From positions 196,664,001 to 196,728,000 of the forward strand of contig OZ024742.1 in assembly GCA_964016885.1 (NCBI GenBank): a stretch of 64,000 nucleotides of DNA, in the 5' to 3' direction. This stretch comes from Eledone cirrhosa (taxonomy: Eukaryota). Of this stretch, positions 12,336 through 24,734 are shown one piece after another. Under the pieces are notes generated by a model. That model made no database searches. It saw only the letters and a list, made by a program, of their open reading frames with translations, and was not told the origin of the DNA. Each line of letters starts with the position of its first letter. Position 1 is the first letter of the stretch. Made by a program: the position numbers and the translations under genes.

Positions 12336-12524
12336 AAAAATTGTTGATTGGCTTTGGTCAAATCGGACCAAGGAAACAATGTTTCCGTTAGTCTTTCCAA
12401 TTGCTAATACTATTTATTGGTCGTGACTCTAGGTAGAAAGAGCAACGTGAAATATATATATCCTGAGTGAAATCGGGTGTAACCACAGTTAAAAAGGTAC
12501 TGAATACATTAGTAGAGTGTAAGC

Positions 12525-12663
12525 ATCATTATTTAATATAGAAATGGCTTCTCCAGGATTAAAACTGTTTCATTCGTATGAAATCATCAGAAATACCCTG
12601 TTGATTTCATACAAATGAAACAGTTCTAGTCCTGTAGAAACCATTTCTATATCAAATGATGAT
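12525..12663. repeat. Inverted repeat (66-bp arms, 7-nt loop)
   Basis: ATCATT...GAAATCATCAG / CTGTTGATTTC...AATGATGAT. Confidence 0.7.
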
Positions 12664-12758
12664 TATATGTAAGTGTGGAAGATAGACATTAAACGATGAT
12701 GATGATATATATATACATATGCACACATACACTCCCTTATTTCCCACATTTTTATTGG

Positions 12759-12802
<44 letters not shown>

Positions 12803-12888
12803 TTTTTTGCATATATACTGACTATATATGTATATCTAGTCTTTCCACTGTTTTATATAAATATACATTCTTCTTTTGACATTTTCAG

Positions 12889-13043
12889 CTGGAATTACAC
12901 AGGCCCCGGGCCCTGCACAGAGCCCTACACCAAGTGCTATCACAGCAATGCCAACCCCATCAGCCCCACCACCAACTATGCCAGCAACTGCAGGCACAAA
13001 CCTTAAATTTGGATTATTTGATCAGAAACCTGCTGAGAATAAG
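12889..13043 (+). CDS. NUP214: NUP214 coding exon (P/T/A-rich linker)
   Basis: tttcag|CT GGA...AAT AAG|gtaaaa; open frame GITQAPGPAQSPTPS...LKFGLFDQKPAENK; phase 1 to 0 fits neighbours. Confidence 0.8.
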
Positions 13044-13097
13044 GTAAAATAATATGCTATAATAAAATATAGTTTGCTTGAAGCATTGTATATATAA

Positions 13098-13712
13098 TAT
13101 ATAATGTGGAAAGTGATATAAGGCTAAACAATGCAAAATGGATGGTAAGATGAAGGTAACGAAAAAAGAAGTTACCTGATAATCTTTTTTTTATTTGTTT
13201 TTGTTGTTTCTTTTGTCCTAATATTTTGGAACTTAAAATTCCCTTCTTCAGAGTATAAGGAACGCTCAGAGAAAAAAATGTTCTGGTTTCTTCTCTAAAT
13301 CTAAATTTTCCCTGAGAGTTCTTTATACTCTGAAGAAGGAAATTTTAATCCCTTAGCATTTAAACCGACTGTATCCAGCCAGAATTCTGTCACCTTTCTG
13401 TTCAAACAGGCTGTTACTGGCCACTCATACCAACATTAAGGTATTGTTCTCAAAATAAATAATACCAACATCTCATAGATTCAATATTATGAGATAATTA
13501 TGTAAGATGAAGCTTTTACTGTGAAAATACAATAGTAAATATAGAATAATGTAAATGCGAAAGGGTTAAGTCCTGAAATATTAGGACAAAAGAAACATTT
13601 TAAAAAAAAGGCAAAAAAAAACAGAGATTACCAGGTTACTTACTTTTTGATTACCTTCATCTTACCATCCATTTTGCATTGTTTAGCCTTATATCACTTT
13701 CCACATTATATA
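13098..13712. repeat. Long inverted repeat interrupted by a TTAA MITE
   Basis: 13098-about 13275 is the reverse complement of about 13305-13348 plus 13570-13712. Confidence 0.75.
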
Positions 13713-14876
13713 ATATACTATGATTGCTCAGTTGTTTAGCACACATTTTTACTAGTTTCTTTTATTAATTTCCTATTTTGACAGTCATTGTTATAGTCTT
13801 TGTTATGGCTTTCATTGTCATCAGCTTATATTACTAGCAGTATTCTTTCTCTTAATGTGAAATATTACCCCCCCCCCCCCCCCCCCCCCGACCATCGGAA
13901 GGACAAGCAGCCTAGATTAAACACTGATCTGTAACGACCCATCCAACCCATGCCAACATGGAAAAGTGGATGTTAAATGATGATGATGGCAGTTTATTTT
14001 TTAATTTAATTTAATTTTTTTATTTATCTTTGCCAGTCTTAAACATCATATTTATGGCCTGGAAAACAATGATAACTAGAAGTGAACTCGGGTGAGTCCT
14101 AGAGGACGCCCACCTGCACTTCAAATTCATTGTGCTCATTGCTAATTTTTACCTTGCTAGTTGCACCTCTATACATGGCTGGCTTGGTCTTCATGAGATA
14201 TTCATTTCACCAGATTACTACAGAGCAAGGGACCCTGTCAATTGTCAGGTACAGAAGTTAGCCAAGTACTTCTGCAGTTGTCACATAAGGAAGAAGGCAT
14301 CAGTAGTACCCCTATCTAGCATAAATCTCGCAGTATCTTATCTAGCTTGATTCATCATTATTGTTTACCGTCTACTTTCTACACTAGTGTAGGTTAGATG
14401 AGCTATCACATTGAGACAATCCAGGTTGGAGGGCCATGTTTTGCTCACACAACTGATTTTGGCTTGGTTTCTATGGTTGGATGCCCTTCCTAATTCCAAC
14501 TATACAGTGTGTGCTGGGTGCTTTTTGTGATGACACCTACACAACCACTTTATAATGTGGGCTGGGTGCTTTTTGTCGTGACACTTACACGACCACTTTA
14601 CAGTGTGGACTGGGTGCTATTTTCTGGTCCCAATTTATATGGAAGAATGTATGTGAGATGCAGCCCTCTCAGGTCCATCTGAGAGTTTAATAGCTCTGAT
14701 TAAGTACTGACTTGGCCATTGATGACCTGTCCAACCCTTACTAGCAGGAAAAAAACGGACATTGAATTATGATTTATGAAACACCAGTCACTAGTCTTTC
14801 ACATGAACTGGATTTGTTACAGTTGCCCTTCTCTCAGCCCTTATGCTTTTTGAGTTTACCTTTTTATCTATTTCAG

Positions 14877-14958
14877 CCTGCTGCAGCCATTCTTAATGTT
14901 CCAGCTACTCTTGATCAACAAGCACAACCTGCAAAACCTTCCTTATTTAACGCACCTG
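14877..14958 (+). CDS. NUP214: NUP214 coding exon
   Basis: tttcag|CCT...CCT G|gtaagt; PAAAILNVPATLDQQAQPAKPSLFNAP; phase 0 to 1. Confidence 0.8.
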
Positions 14959-16380
14959 GTAAGTCATCCAATATAGCTATGATCCAATCAGGTAGTTACT
15001 GATTGATCTGCTAGATATAGCAGTTAACCTTCATTCAAAGCACACTTTGGACATATTGGGTTAATGTAGTCCTTGATATACTGCCTGAAAAATTATGGCC
15101 AGGTCATGGCTGAAATCTCTTCAACATATATTTGCTTTGCCAGGGCCTACATATATTTAAACAACAACAGCCAATATGTCTCCTTTCTTTATATTATTTC
15201 ATTAAGGGCGGTGGATTGGGAGTATCTGTAGAGCACCAGACACCATACTTTGCAGCATAGTTATGGCCTTTTACGTTCTGAATTCAAATCCCGCCAAGGT
15301 TAGCTTGGCTTTTCATCCTTACGGGTTTAATAAAATAAAGTACCAACAATGCATTGGGTTCAATTTAATTGACTGCCTCCTCCTCCTTCAAATTGCTGGC
15401 CTTGTGCCTAAAGTAGAAACAATTATTTCATTATCAGATGGTCATGAGTTTGACTCCCAGACTAGATGGCATGTTGTGTCCTTGAGCAATGCATTTCATT
15501 TCATTTCACACTGTTCTAGTTCACTCAGCAATAGCAGTAGCTGAGGGGAAAGGAGTGTTAACCTTGCTACATTTGGGTGTCTTGTCCAGAATGAGAGGTC
15601 TTCTACTCTGTCGCTTAATGTCACCTGAAACCAGGGTAAGTCCTAGCCTGATGAACCTCTAGACTTGAGAAACAAACTTTTTAACTTTAAGAGACACAGC
15701 CTCTAGTATACCTTTATAAATAACACAAATCACTAAAAATAGCTGCTAAAGCTCTTTCAAATGACACTGCTGTTTTTAAAAAAGGAATGTTGGATAATGT
15801 ATTGGATTTCCTGCACATAAGAAAAAGATGGGGTGGTCATGGTTGGAATACCTTTTATTACAGTTCTGCTTAGTCAGGGTTTATATAGGGCTAAACAACA
15901 ATAGACATACTTTTGAACCATTGAAGGAGCCTTTATGTGGTTGCTCAAACTGTTAGAAATAGCAACTAACTCTCCCCCATATCTTAGAATGTGAGTGACA
16001 TTTTGACAATGCAAGCGTGGAAGATGGACGTTAAACGATGATGATGATTCTGAATATATAGTCTGCCCCACTCCCTCTGAAAAGAAAGATGAGATGGTCG
16101 TGGTTGGAATGCCTTTGATTATAGATAGATTCAGTTAGAGCCAAACAACAGCAACGATGATACTTTGATCATAGATATGCTCAGTTAGGACTGACCTAGG
16201 GCTAAATAACAGCAACAGTGATACAGTGTGCTAGTGCTATGAAAATACATTTGGTGCAGTCTGTAGAGAAAGTACAGGAGCATCTGTAAGTGAGATGTTG
16301 CTTCCTGATCATCAGAGGTCAGTGGCTTTGATTAAGCATGGACTTTGTGATGACCTGTCCAACCATTGCTAGCAAAGTAA

Positions 16381-16775
16381 TTAATCCTTTCATTATCATA
16401 TTTCTAATGAAAGACACTGCCTATGATTTAGAAATATTTTTGAAAATAATCAAGAATTTGAAGGGATTTAATAATATACCGTATTTCCCGGCGTTAAAGA
16501 TGTTACTTTTTCCTAAAATAAGTTTCAAAAATCTACTGTGCGTCCTGGAGGGCGAAGGTTGTTTATTATTTTTTTTTTCAAATTTTTGGTTATCAAAATC
16601 AGGGTGCGTCCTTGTGGACGGCGCCAGGAAATATGGTAACTTTCTCATTATTAAGTTAGTGATTGGAGCATAACAAAGGTTCTTACATGAAATTTTGGTG
16701 AAAGTTTTTTTTAGATAAATATAAACACTTAAAAAAAACTGTTGTTTTGGGAAGTTTGGTATCAAAATGTTTAAA
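16381..16775. mobile_element. Second TTAA-flanked MITE family (representative), carrying a nested insertion
   Basis: Ends resemble TTAA(T/C)CCTTT and AAA(G/T)GTTTAA; shared core ATATTTCTAATGAAAGACACTGCC. Related copies at about 17875-18295, 23273-23502, 29165-29411, 59420-59635, 60240-60460. Confidence 0.65.
16479..16636. mobile_element. TA-flanked MITE (Tc1/mariner-pogo type)
   Basis: TA-CCGTATTTCCCGGCG...CGCCAGGAAATATGG-TA; imperfect TIRs and TA target duplication. Confidence 0.75.
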
Positions 16776-16950
16776 ACACAAACAGAAATTTAATCTATGA
16801 ATTTGTAAAATAGATGTTAAATGATAATGATGACAATATATTCTAGAAGTACTTTTGTTATATCTAATTAAGTTTGCTTATTTATATGCTTAATTAACTG
16901 CCATCCAGATATTGTCTTATGTTATGTGGATTTATACTTATTTCTTCTAG

Positions 16951-17358
16951 GTGCTAATGTGTTTGGAAATATGTCTGGCTCACCAGTGATGGCCCAGCAA
17001 CCTGGAATAGGATCAACACCACCTAATGCTGCTTTCACTTCAGGACTGGGCTTGAACCAAGCCCAGTTTGCACAGCAGCCAAAGCAGCGTCTGTTCTGTT
17101 TCAGTGGGAACACACCTGGCCAACAGCAGCAGCAATCTCAAGGTATATTGCCAACACCAGCACCAGAATTAAAAACCAGCTTAGGCTCAGATGCCTCAGC
17201 TGTTAGCAGTACCACTTCTAATGCAGACATTAAACCCCTTGCTGGCACATTGGCACCAAATTCTTTCTCCTTTTCTGCTCAGCCATTTGGGCAAGCCTCA
17301 ACAGCAGCTCCTGCTTCTACTTCAACAATATCCACTTTTAATCCAGCTTCAAATAACA
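16951..17358 (+). CDS. NUP214: NUP214 coding exon (S/T/Q-rich, FG and FSF motifs)
   Basis: ttctag|GT GCT...AAC A|gtaagt; lies within ORF 16926..17399; 408 nt, phase 1 to 1. Confidence 0.85.
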
Positions 17359-18802
17359 GTAAGTTCTACATTATAGCCTTACTTTCATTGTTGTTTTAGT
17401 AATCTACCATTAGAAAACTATACCTAATGGTGGTAGTGGTGGCTGTGGCAGTGATGGCAGTTGAGGTGGTGACCACAGTAGTAATAGCAGTGATGGTGTA
17501 TTATCAAAGAAGTTCCAGACATTGCTATCTGCTCTTGTATGTCTATGAGGATAGAATGGGATTTGAAGGAAATTGGCTGCTGTTTCTTGCAGATCAAATG
17601 ACCTTGTGGAAGCTCTCTCATTGGCTCATTAGATATCTGGTTTGATGATCGTCTTGTTTAACCTCAGGTCTTCCCTAACTAAAACAGACACTGATCAAAA
17701 GACTACATAGTGTAATTTGGTGGAGATTTGGCTGCTATTTTTCTCCGGTTGAGTGACCACATACAGCAGGTGTGGGGAACCTTTTAGTACCTGGGAGAAA
17801 TTACAAACCTATGTAGAGAAAAATAAAGAATCTTTAATTTTACAAATTGATAGATTAAATTTATGTTTGTGTCTTAAACCTTTTGATACCAAACTTCCTG
17901 AAAATGCTCCAGGTTCGACAACAATTTATAAGTGTTTCTATTTATCTAAATAAACCTTCCACCATAATGTTATGCAAGAAAGGTTATACTCCAATCACTA
18001 ACTTAAAAATGAGAAAGTTTATTAAATCCCTTCAAATTTTTGATTATTTAAAAAAATATATTTCTAAATCATATGCAGTGTCTTTCTTTAAAAATATAGT
18101 AAAAAAAGAATTAATTTATATTTATCTAAAAATCTTCCATCATTATTCCATGTAAAAACCTTTATGTTCCAAACACCAATTTAAGACTAAGAAAGTTATA
18201 TTACTTAATCTCTGCAACTTCTTGATTATTTTCATAAATATTTCTAAATTAGAGGCAGTGTCTTTCATTAGAAATATGATAATGAAAGGATTAATTACTT
18301 TTTGTCACTTCATTAAACCTTATCATGGATTACATCAAATGGGATTAAGGGTTATATATGTATCAAAGTGGAGTAATTAATAATCTAAGTGGATCTGTAA
18401 TTAAACATGATAGTATGTTATGTTTTCACTTACCACTGTACTTGCAATGCTTAATAACTTTGTATTAATTACAACATTTAATTGGAATTCAAAGGGATAA
18501 AAAAGGATATATCTGTCTTGTTAATTTTTCTGTATAAATAATGAAACATGAATTAGAATTGAAAGGGATTGTTTTTGAAAACCATAGTGCTTTTCATTAG
18601 AAATATGGTAATGAAAGGGTTAAACCCTGTTTTTGTTTTTTTTTAGTTTGGATTTTAGAGGCTTTGTTAGCTGGCTGTTTCAAATTTGAATACTGACTTT
18701 GAAGTCCTTTTGTGCTCAAATGTTTTCAGGTTATAGATCTGGAGTTCGAATAATCCTTGGTGAACCAGAATGTCTTTAGCTGTGATTGCTAAAACAAATT
18801 AA

Positions 18803-18997
18803 CCCTTTAGCATTTAAACTAGACGTATCCAGCAAGAATTCTCTCACCTCTTTCTATTTAAACTGACCGTAACTGGTAGCTCATACTGATGTTAAGGTAT
18901 TGTTCTCAAAATAAATCATAGATTCGATATTACATGAGATAAAGCCTTTATCATGAAAATACAATAGTAAATATAGAGTACTGTAAATGCTAAAGGG
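18803..18997. mobile_element. TTAA-flanked MITE (piggyBac-like), representative copy
   Basis: TTAA-CCCTTTAGCATTTA...TAAATGCTAAAGGG-TTAA. Other copies at 13349-13565, 20230-20440, 40081-about 40285, 50975-51160. Confidence 0.85.
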
Positions 18998-19612
18998 TTA
19001 AGGATATTCTGTTATGATTTTATTGCCCACTAAATTCTGTACTCCTCACTGTTTGGTGATACCACTTAATATCAAATTAATAGTGAATTAATTACTGTCC
19101 TCCCCCCAATAGGGTAGAGAGGGCTTTCAATTGAGTCAATAACCAACAACCACTTTAGTGCTGGTGTCATGACAAATGCATCCATTGCACCCTGTAAGGT
19201 GTTTAATGACATGAAAGGCATCCAGCTGTGGAAACCATGCCAAAAAATCGACAACCTCTTGTGTTGGTGACATGTTAAATGCACTTAATACACTCTTTAA
19301 AGTGGCTGGTGATAGGAATGGCATCCAGCTGTAGAAAACTTGCCAAACTTGTTAAAGCCATGACAACCTCCTTAGTGTTAGTGCCACAATAAAATGCCCC
19401 TGGTGCACTTTGTAGAGTGTAGGAACATATGTACATGAAATGCCTGTCTGAGAGGTTGGCATTGATAACCCGTCCAACCCTTGCTAGTAGGGAAAAAGAA
19501 AGTTTGATCATGATGATGATTGGAGATTAGGATTTAATTCTTCTAACCCTTGTTTCTTTGTTCCTTTGTTTGTATCTGCCATGTATACTACATTAAATGT
19601 TCCTGATTTCAG

Positions 19613-19915
19613 CCAAACCTATATTTGGATCGGTGGGATCTAACAACGAGAAGCAGATACCTTTTGGAGCCAGCACCGTTCCAGAAAATAAACCTCCAGC
19701 ATTTGGATTAGCACCTTCATCCACCAGACCCAATCAGCCAGATTTTTCTGCAGCCACAACGACCACTTCTGGACAAGGTTTCAATCTAGGTGTGAAACCA
19801 TCACCACTTCAGGCCACAACAGTTAACAAACCTGATGCAGGCGGCATGTCTGCACAACCATCAGTGACCCCTAAACCTCTTGGGTCTCAGAACAACGTAC
19901 CAAGGTCTGCAACAG
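19613..19915 (+). CDS. NUP214: NUP214 coding exon (FG motifs)
   Basis: tttcag|CC AAA...ACA G|gttggt; KPIFGSVG...PFGAS...PAFGL; 303 nt, phase 1 to 1. Confidence 0.82.
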
Positions 19916-20527
19916 GTTGGTCTTCTTCATCAAATCTCTCTTCATCTCTCTCTCTCTCATCAAATTGGACACAAATACTTGCTCAAAATAACACAGATTG
20001 CATCATATTAAGTGATGCAAATTTTCATCATTCTACAAAAATTTGAATTAACAAACCACACAAAACCACACTGGCAAGACATTCTTGAAATGTGCAAAAC
20101 AACCTTATTTTGTACATTTTTGCAAATTTTCTCAACATGTCCATAAGTAAAAATGCTTTAAACATTTGAATTAACAAATCCATTTTTAGATATTTTTTGC
20201 TAAATCATTACAGGATGCTAAGAGTTTAATCCTTTAGCATTTAAACTGGCCGTATCTGGCTAGAATTCTCTCACCTTTTTCTGTTCAAACCAGCTGCTCA
20301 TACCTACATTAAAGTATTGTTCTTGAAATAAATAATATCAAAATCTCGTAGATCCAATATTATGTAAGATTATTATGTGAAATAAAGTGTTTACCATGAA
20401 AATACCATAGTAAATATAGAGTAATGTAAATGCTAAAGGGTTAAGGTTGTTTATTTTATATATCTTTTTTCTTCTGATATTTTTTTTGCTGTATTTACTT
20501 TAATTTCTTTTCTGTGTATATTTGTAG

Positions 20528-20655
20528 GTACTCAAAAACCTGTTAAACGCAATGAATCTGGTGGCTTGGTTTCAAATACTGAAGTGGAACGCAAACCACA
20601 GTCAAGCACAAGTGAAGCTCTTGACAGCACATTTACAAAAAACATCTTGGAAGAG
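20528..20655 (+). CDS. NUP214: NUP214 coding exon
   Basis: ttgtag|GT ACT...GAA GAG|gtgaat; ends DSTFTKNILEE and leads into the coiled coil; phase 1 to 0. Confidence 0.85.
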
Positions 20656-21258
20656 GTGAATATACAGTTTATTTCTGTTTACAAGGAAATAATAGGTGTG
20701 ATGGTGTGGTGGGGGTGATGAAGAGGGTGTGGGTGACGGTGGGGTGGATGTCTAACCGCCAGGTCAGTTCTGAGATTAAGCAGTCATATGAGGAAAATGT
20801 TCCAAAAGCAACCATTGTATTATATAATTTTTAACATTGGATATTGTATCTAGGACTACAATATTCAATGTGTCCTCTCTTTTTTTAAAAACAGTAAGGT
20901 ATGATTTCAGGGAAACTTGGCTGCTATAAAAAAAATCTCATTTGCGATGCCTCAAACAAACAGTGCACATCTTGATGATGATGATTGTGCACACACAAAT
21001 GTCATAGAGACTGACAAAGGTCCATTCCATTATTAACAATATCGGTAGAGCGTTGGACAACATGCTTTGTCGCATAGTTACGGCCCTTTTCCTTCTGAGT
21101 TCAAATTCTGCCGAGGTTAGCTTCAATTTTCAATAAAATAAAGTACCAGTAATAATTCACTGGGGTTGATTTAATTGACTTTCCCCTCCCCCAAAATTGC
21201 TGTCCTTTTGCCTAAATCAAAAACCATTATTTTATTTATTATTTCTTTTAAATTCTAG

Positions 21259-21408
21259 ATCAATCACTTCCAACAAGAAATGAATGAACTGAAAGTCCGA
21301 TCAAAGACATGTTTCTTGTCTGTTGGAGCTGAAGACGAGAAACGATTTTTGAAAACCAAAACTGAACATATGACTGAATTCTGTAAAGACATCAAAAATA
21401 TAACCAAG
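21259..21408 (+). CDS. NUP214: NUP214 coding exon (coiled coil)
   Basis: ttctag|ATC...ACC AAG|gtttgt; INHFQQEMNELKVRSKTCFLSVG resembles [23 protein letters not shown]; phase 0 to 0. Confidence 0.9.
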
Positions 21409-21429
21409 GTTTGTAACTTTTCTCAATCC

Positions 21430-21770
21430 TAGGAAGGATTCATAGATATGGTTGATAGTTTCTGCTACCTAGGTGGTATAATTAGCAGTGGAGGAGGGTG
21501 GTCGGAGAGCATAGTAGCCAGAATAAAGATAGGATGGAAGAAAGTTATGGACCTGCTAACAACATAAGATTTCTCCCTATGAATAAAAGGTCAACTGTAC
21601 GGTACCTGTGTGCAAAGTGCCAAGCTGCATGGTAATAAGACATGGGCAGTGAACACAGAGGACATGCAGAAACTGGAGAGAAATGAGGCAAGCATATTTT
21701 GATGAATGTGCAATGTTAATGTGTGAGAACCGCAAAGCATGGATGAACTGAGCGTGAAACTGGGTATAAG
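21430..21770 (+). mobile_element. Decayed RTE-like LINE fragment
   Basis: GATAGTTTCTGCTACCTAGG...AGCAGTGGAGGAGGG...GAGAGAAATGAGGCAAGCAT corresponds to the DSFCYLG...ERNEASM region of the other copies. Confidence 0.7.
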
Positions 21771-22579
21771 TTGTCTGCAGGAGCTTGGGAGAGTCTTTAA
21801 CCTTTTATAGTCAGACAAAGGATAGAAGTGAATCCAAAGACACCATCTTCTGAAATGCAACATTCTTCTTCTTCTTTGCCCATTTATTCCTGGGAGGGAT
21901 GTGGGGTCAGAGTCCTCAAAAAAGTATGCATGTAACATCAGTATATTGAATGATTTATAGAAGTTTTTGTCTTTTTGAAAACTTGCTTCCATCAGTCTTT
22001 GAATATTTTTTTACTGTGGTAAGAAATCAATATTAAAATTTAAAATGTATTGAGGTTGAAAGGAAGAATATTTTGACTTGTTGCTTTGATTTTGAGTCAA
22101 ATACATGACAACTTTTCTAATGCTGGTGCCATGATAGAAAGCACCCAGTGCACTCTGTACCAAGTAGGAATGTATGTAAGTAAAATGACTTCCTCGCCTC
22201 CAGTTCATCTGAGATGTCAGTAGCACTGACATGGCCTGTGATAACCTATCCAACTCTTGCAAGCAAAGAGGAATGAATGAATGATGATGATGATGGTGGT
22301 GGTCATGGTGACGATGACAACAACAATAATGCGATACAACCATCAAACCCCACTTTACCTGTCTATTCTCTACCTCGTTATATGTCTAAAAGTATCACCA
22401 ATATAATTTTACTTCACTATTCTTCATTGGTTTCCCTACCTTTCCCTTTTCATTCAACCACTCCATCTTCAGTCCCATTAAAATATTTCTTATTACTAAA
22501 ACTTTTCCAATCATATTTTTATATCTATTCCACCATATTTTATTTTGTCTTATTTTCTGCTTGTCCTTTCTCTTCAAAG

Positions 22580-22842
22580 ACTGTACACAAAGAGATTGAT
22601 GCTGAGAAGTTGTCGGTATTTGAAATGTTTGGTATCCTAGAAGAATGTCGTATTAAGAATCAGTACCACCAAGATGTCAACTATCACAAAATGCTGCGTT
22701 TACAGCCATTAGATCCAGTTAGTGTTGACAAGATGAATATGTTACGACAACTGTTTATGGCTTTCTCCAATCGACTAACTGACATTAACACTGTCTTGGA
22801 TGAACAATGGGAACTTTTCCAAAAACAGCGCCCAGCAAAAAA
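22580..22842 (+). CDS. NUP214: NUP214 coding exon (coiled coil)
   Basis: aag|ACT GTA...AAA AA|gtaaaa; LRLQPLDP...DINTVLDEQWE resembles LYKRPLDP...DVNDVLDLEWD; phase 0 to 2. Confidence 0.9.
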
Positions 22843-23881
22843 GTAAAACTCCTATATATATTTGTTTTTGTTCTTAAATTTAAAAAAATCTTTTATGTCT
22901 TAGTCAGGTTGATTGTGAACACTATTGGTAATGTAAAACCCAGTATATGTTGCATGATCAGCTTGTTGGTGACTAAACCAGTCACCCTACCAGGTCAGCT
23001 TTTAGAGGAGGGTGATTTTTGAACACCCTGTAGGAGGAAAAATATATGCCTACTTTATAACCATTAAATGATATAATTTATCCCTAGTTCAGCTTTGATT
23101 GAGCAAACTTATGATCAAAGGTATTCCAATTATGACCATCCTGTCTTTTCATATATAAAGGATTACTACATTGTTCAATTTGGTCTTGTCTCTTTTAAAA
23201 CAGTGGTGCAATTGTAGGAATTGGGTGGGGGGTTTAGCTGTTATTTCAAGTATATCAAGCATTAGCTCAGCATTAACCCTTTTGATACCAAACTGCCTGA
23301 AACTACCTCTAGGTCTAAGATACAAAACTGTTTGTACTCATTTAAAAATCTTCAATCATAATTTTATGTAAGATGTGTTATATTCTAAACACAAATTAAA
23401 TGATAAAAAAATTTGTTATATTACTAAATCTTTTCAAATACTTGATTATTTGAAAACCATAGGCTGTGTCTTTCATTAGAAATATGCTAATAAAAAGGTT
23501 AAAGTTATTTTTGCTGTGAGATCGTTTGAAATCCTCCTGGTTATGCTACTCTCGGTCATTTGGATAAATTATTCTTTTTCATAACTCATGTCCATAAAAA
23601 AAAAACCTAGACCAGTCAGTCACTAAAATATTAGATAATACAGTGTTGCTGCTGCTTTCAGAGATGAGTGTTATGTACCTTCTGGTACCCCTATACAACT
23701 AAGTTGACTGAGCCAGCATTAGCTGACTATTTTGGTCAGAGAGACAGCTTGGCATCAATGGTGGCATGCAAATCTTCCAACCCTTCAGTAGGTGTGCTGA
23801 TATCCTGTGAACAGACCCAGCTGCAGCTAACCTATAGATTTGTATATATTTTTCTTCATGTTCACTTAATTTTCTTTGTAG

Positions 23882-24106
23882 GAAACCATCTCTAAGTGGG
23901 AATATGCCCCTTCAAGAAATCAACACTGCCAGTAAATTTGCCCCTTTTGGGAGCAATACCATTTACCAGGTGATCTGGAAAAACCAAAATATTATCAATG
24001 AGCAGAAGAAAATTGTTGAAAATATCCAGAGCAGTTTGAAAGACCTCCACTTATATGATCAAAAAAGCTCATGGAGTTACAAGGACATATCCCCTTGTAA
24101 AATTGG
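23882..24106 (+). CDS. NUP214: NUP214 coding exon
   Basis: ttgtag|G AAA...ATT GG|gtaagt; TIYQVIWKNQNIINEQKKIVENIQSSLKDLHLY, a coiled-coil segment; phase 2 to 2. Confidence 0.87.
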
Positions 24107-24734
24107 GTAAGTCATTTCATCATTTATTTGATGAAAAGTCATCCATGACACTTATTTCTCACACTAAAATAATTTATTCCACTTTGAAAACATTTTGTAT
24201 TTACTATTTACCAATTATTGGAATGGATTTCCATCAGTTCCAACAATGGGTGTTCTAGTTGTTTGATCAATAGTACAGCATCCTCATGAAATTAACATAT
24301 AAGTGGCTGAGCATTCCACAGACATGTGTACCATTAACATATTTCTCAGGGAAGATGACCCATTAGTTGTATCAAAGACACCACAACCTTTCTACTGCTG
24401 GTGCCAGGATGAAATGCATTCGGTAGAATGTGGAACCTTATGTAAGCAAGATGCATACCCTAGCCTGTCTGGGAGATCAGTAGCTCCATTTTAGTACTGG
24501 CTTGGTCTGTGAAGACCCATCCAACTCTTGCTAACAGGGAAAACACATTAAATTGACAATGATGATGATATATGTGTGTATATATATCATCATCATCATC
24601 ATCACCATTTTCCGTCCATTCTTTCATACTATGTGTGCGTGTTATAAATATAAAAATATATGTGTATGTGTCATCATCATTTTGACATTCGTTTTCCCTG
24701 CTACACACACATATATATATATATATAATATCAT

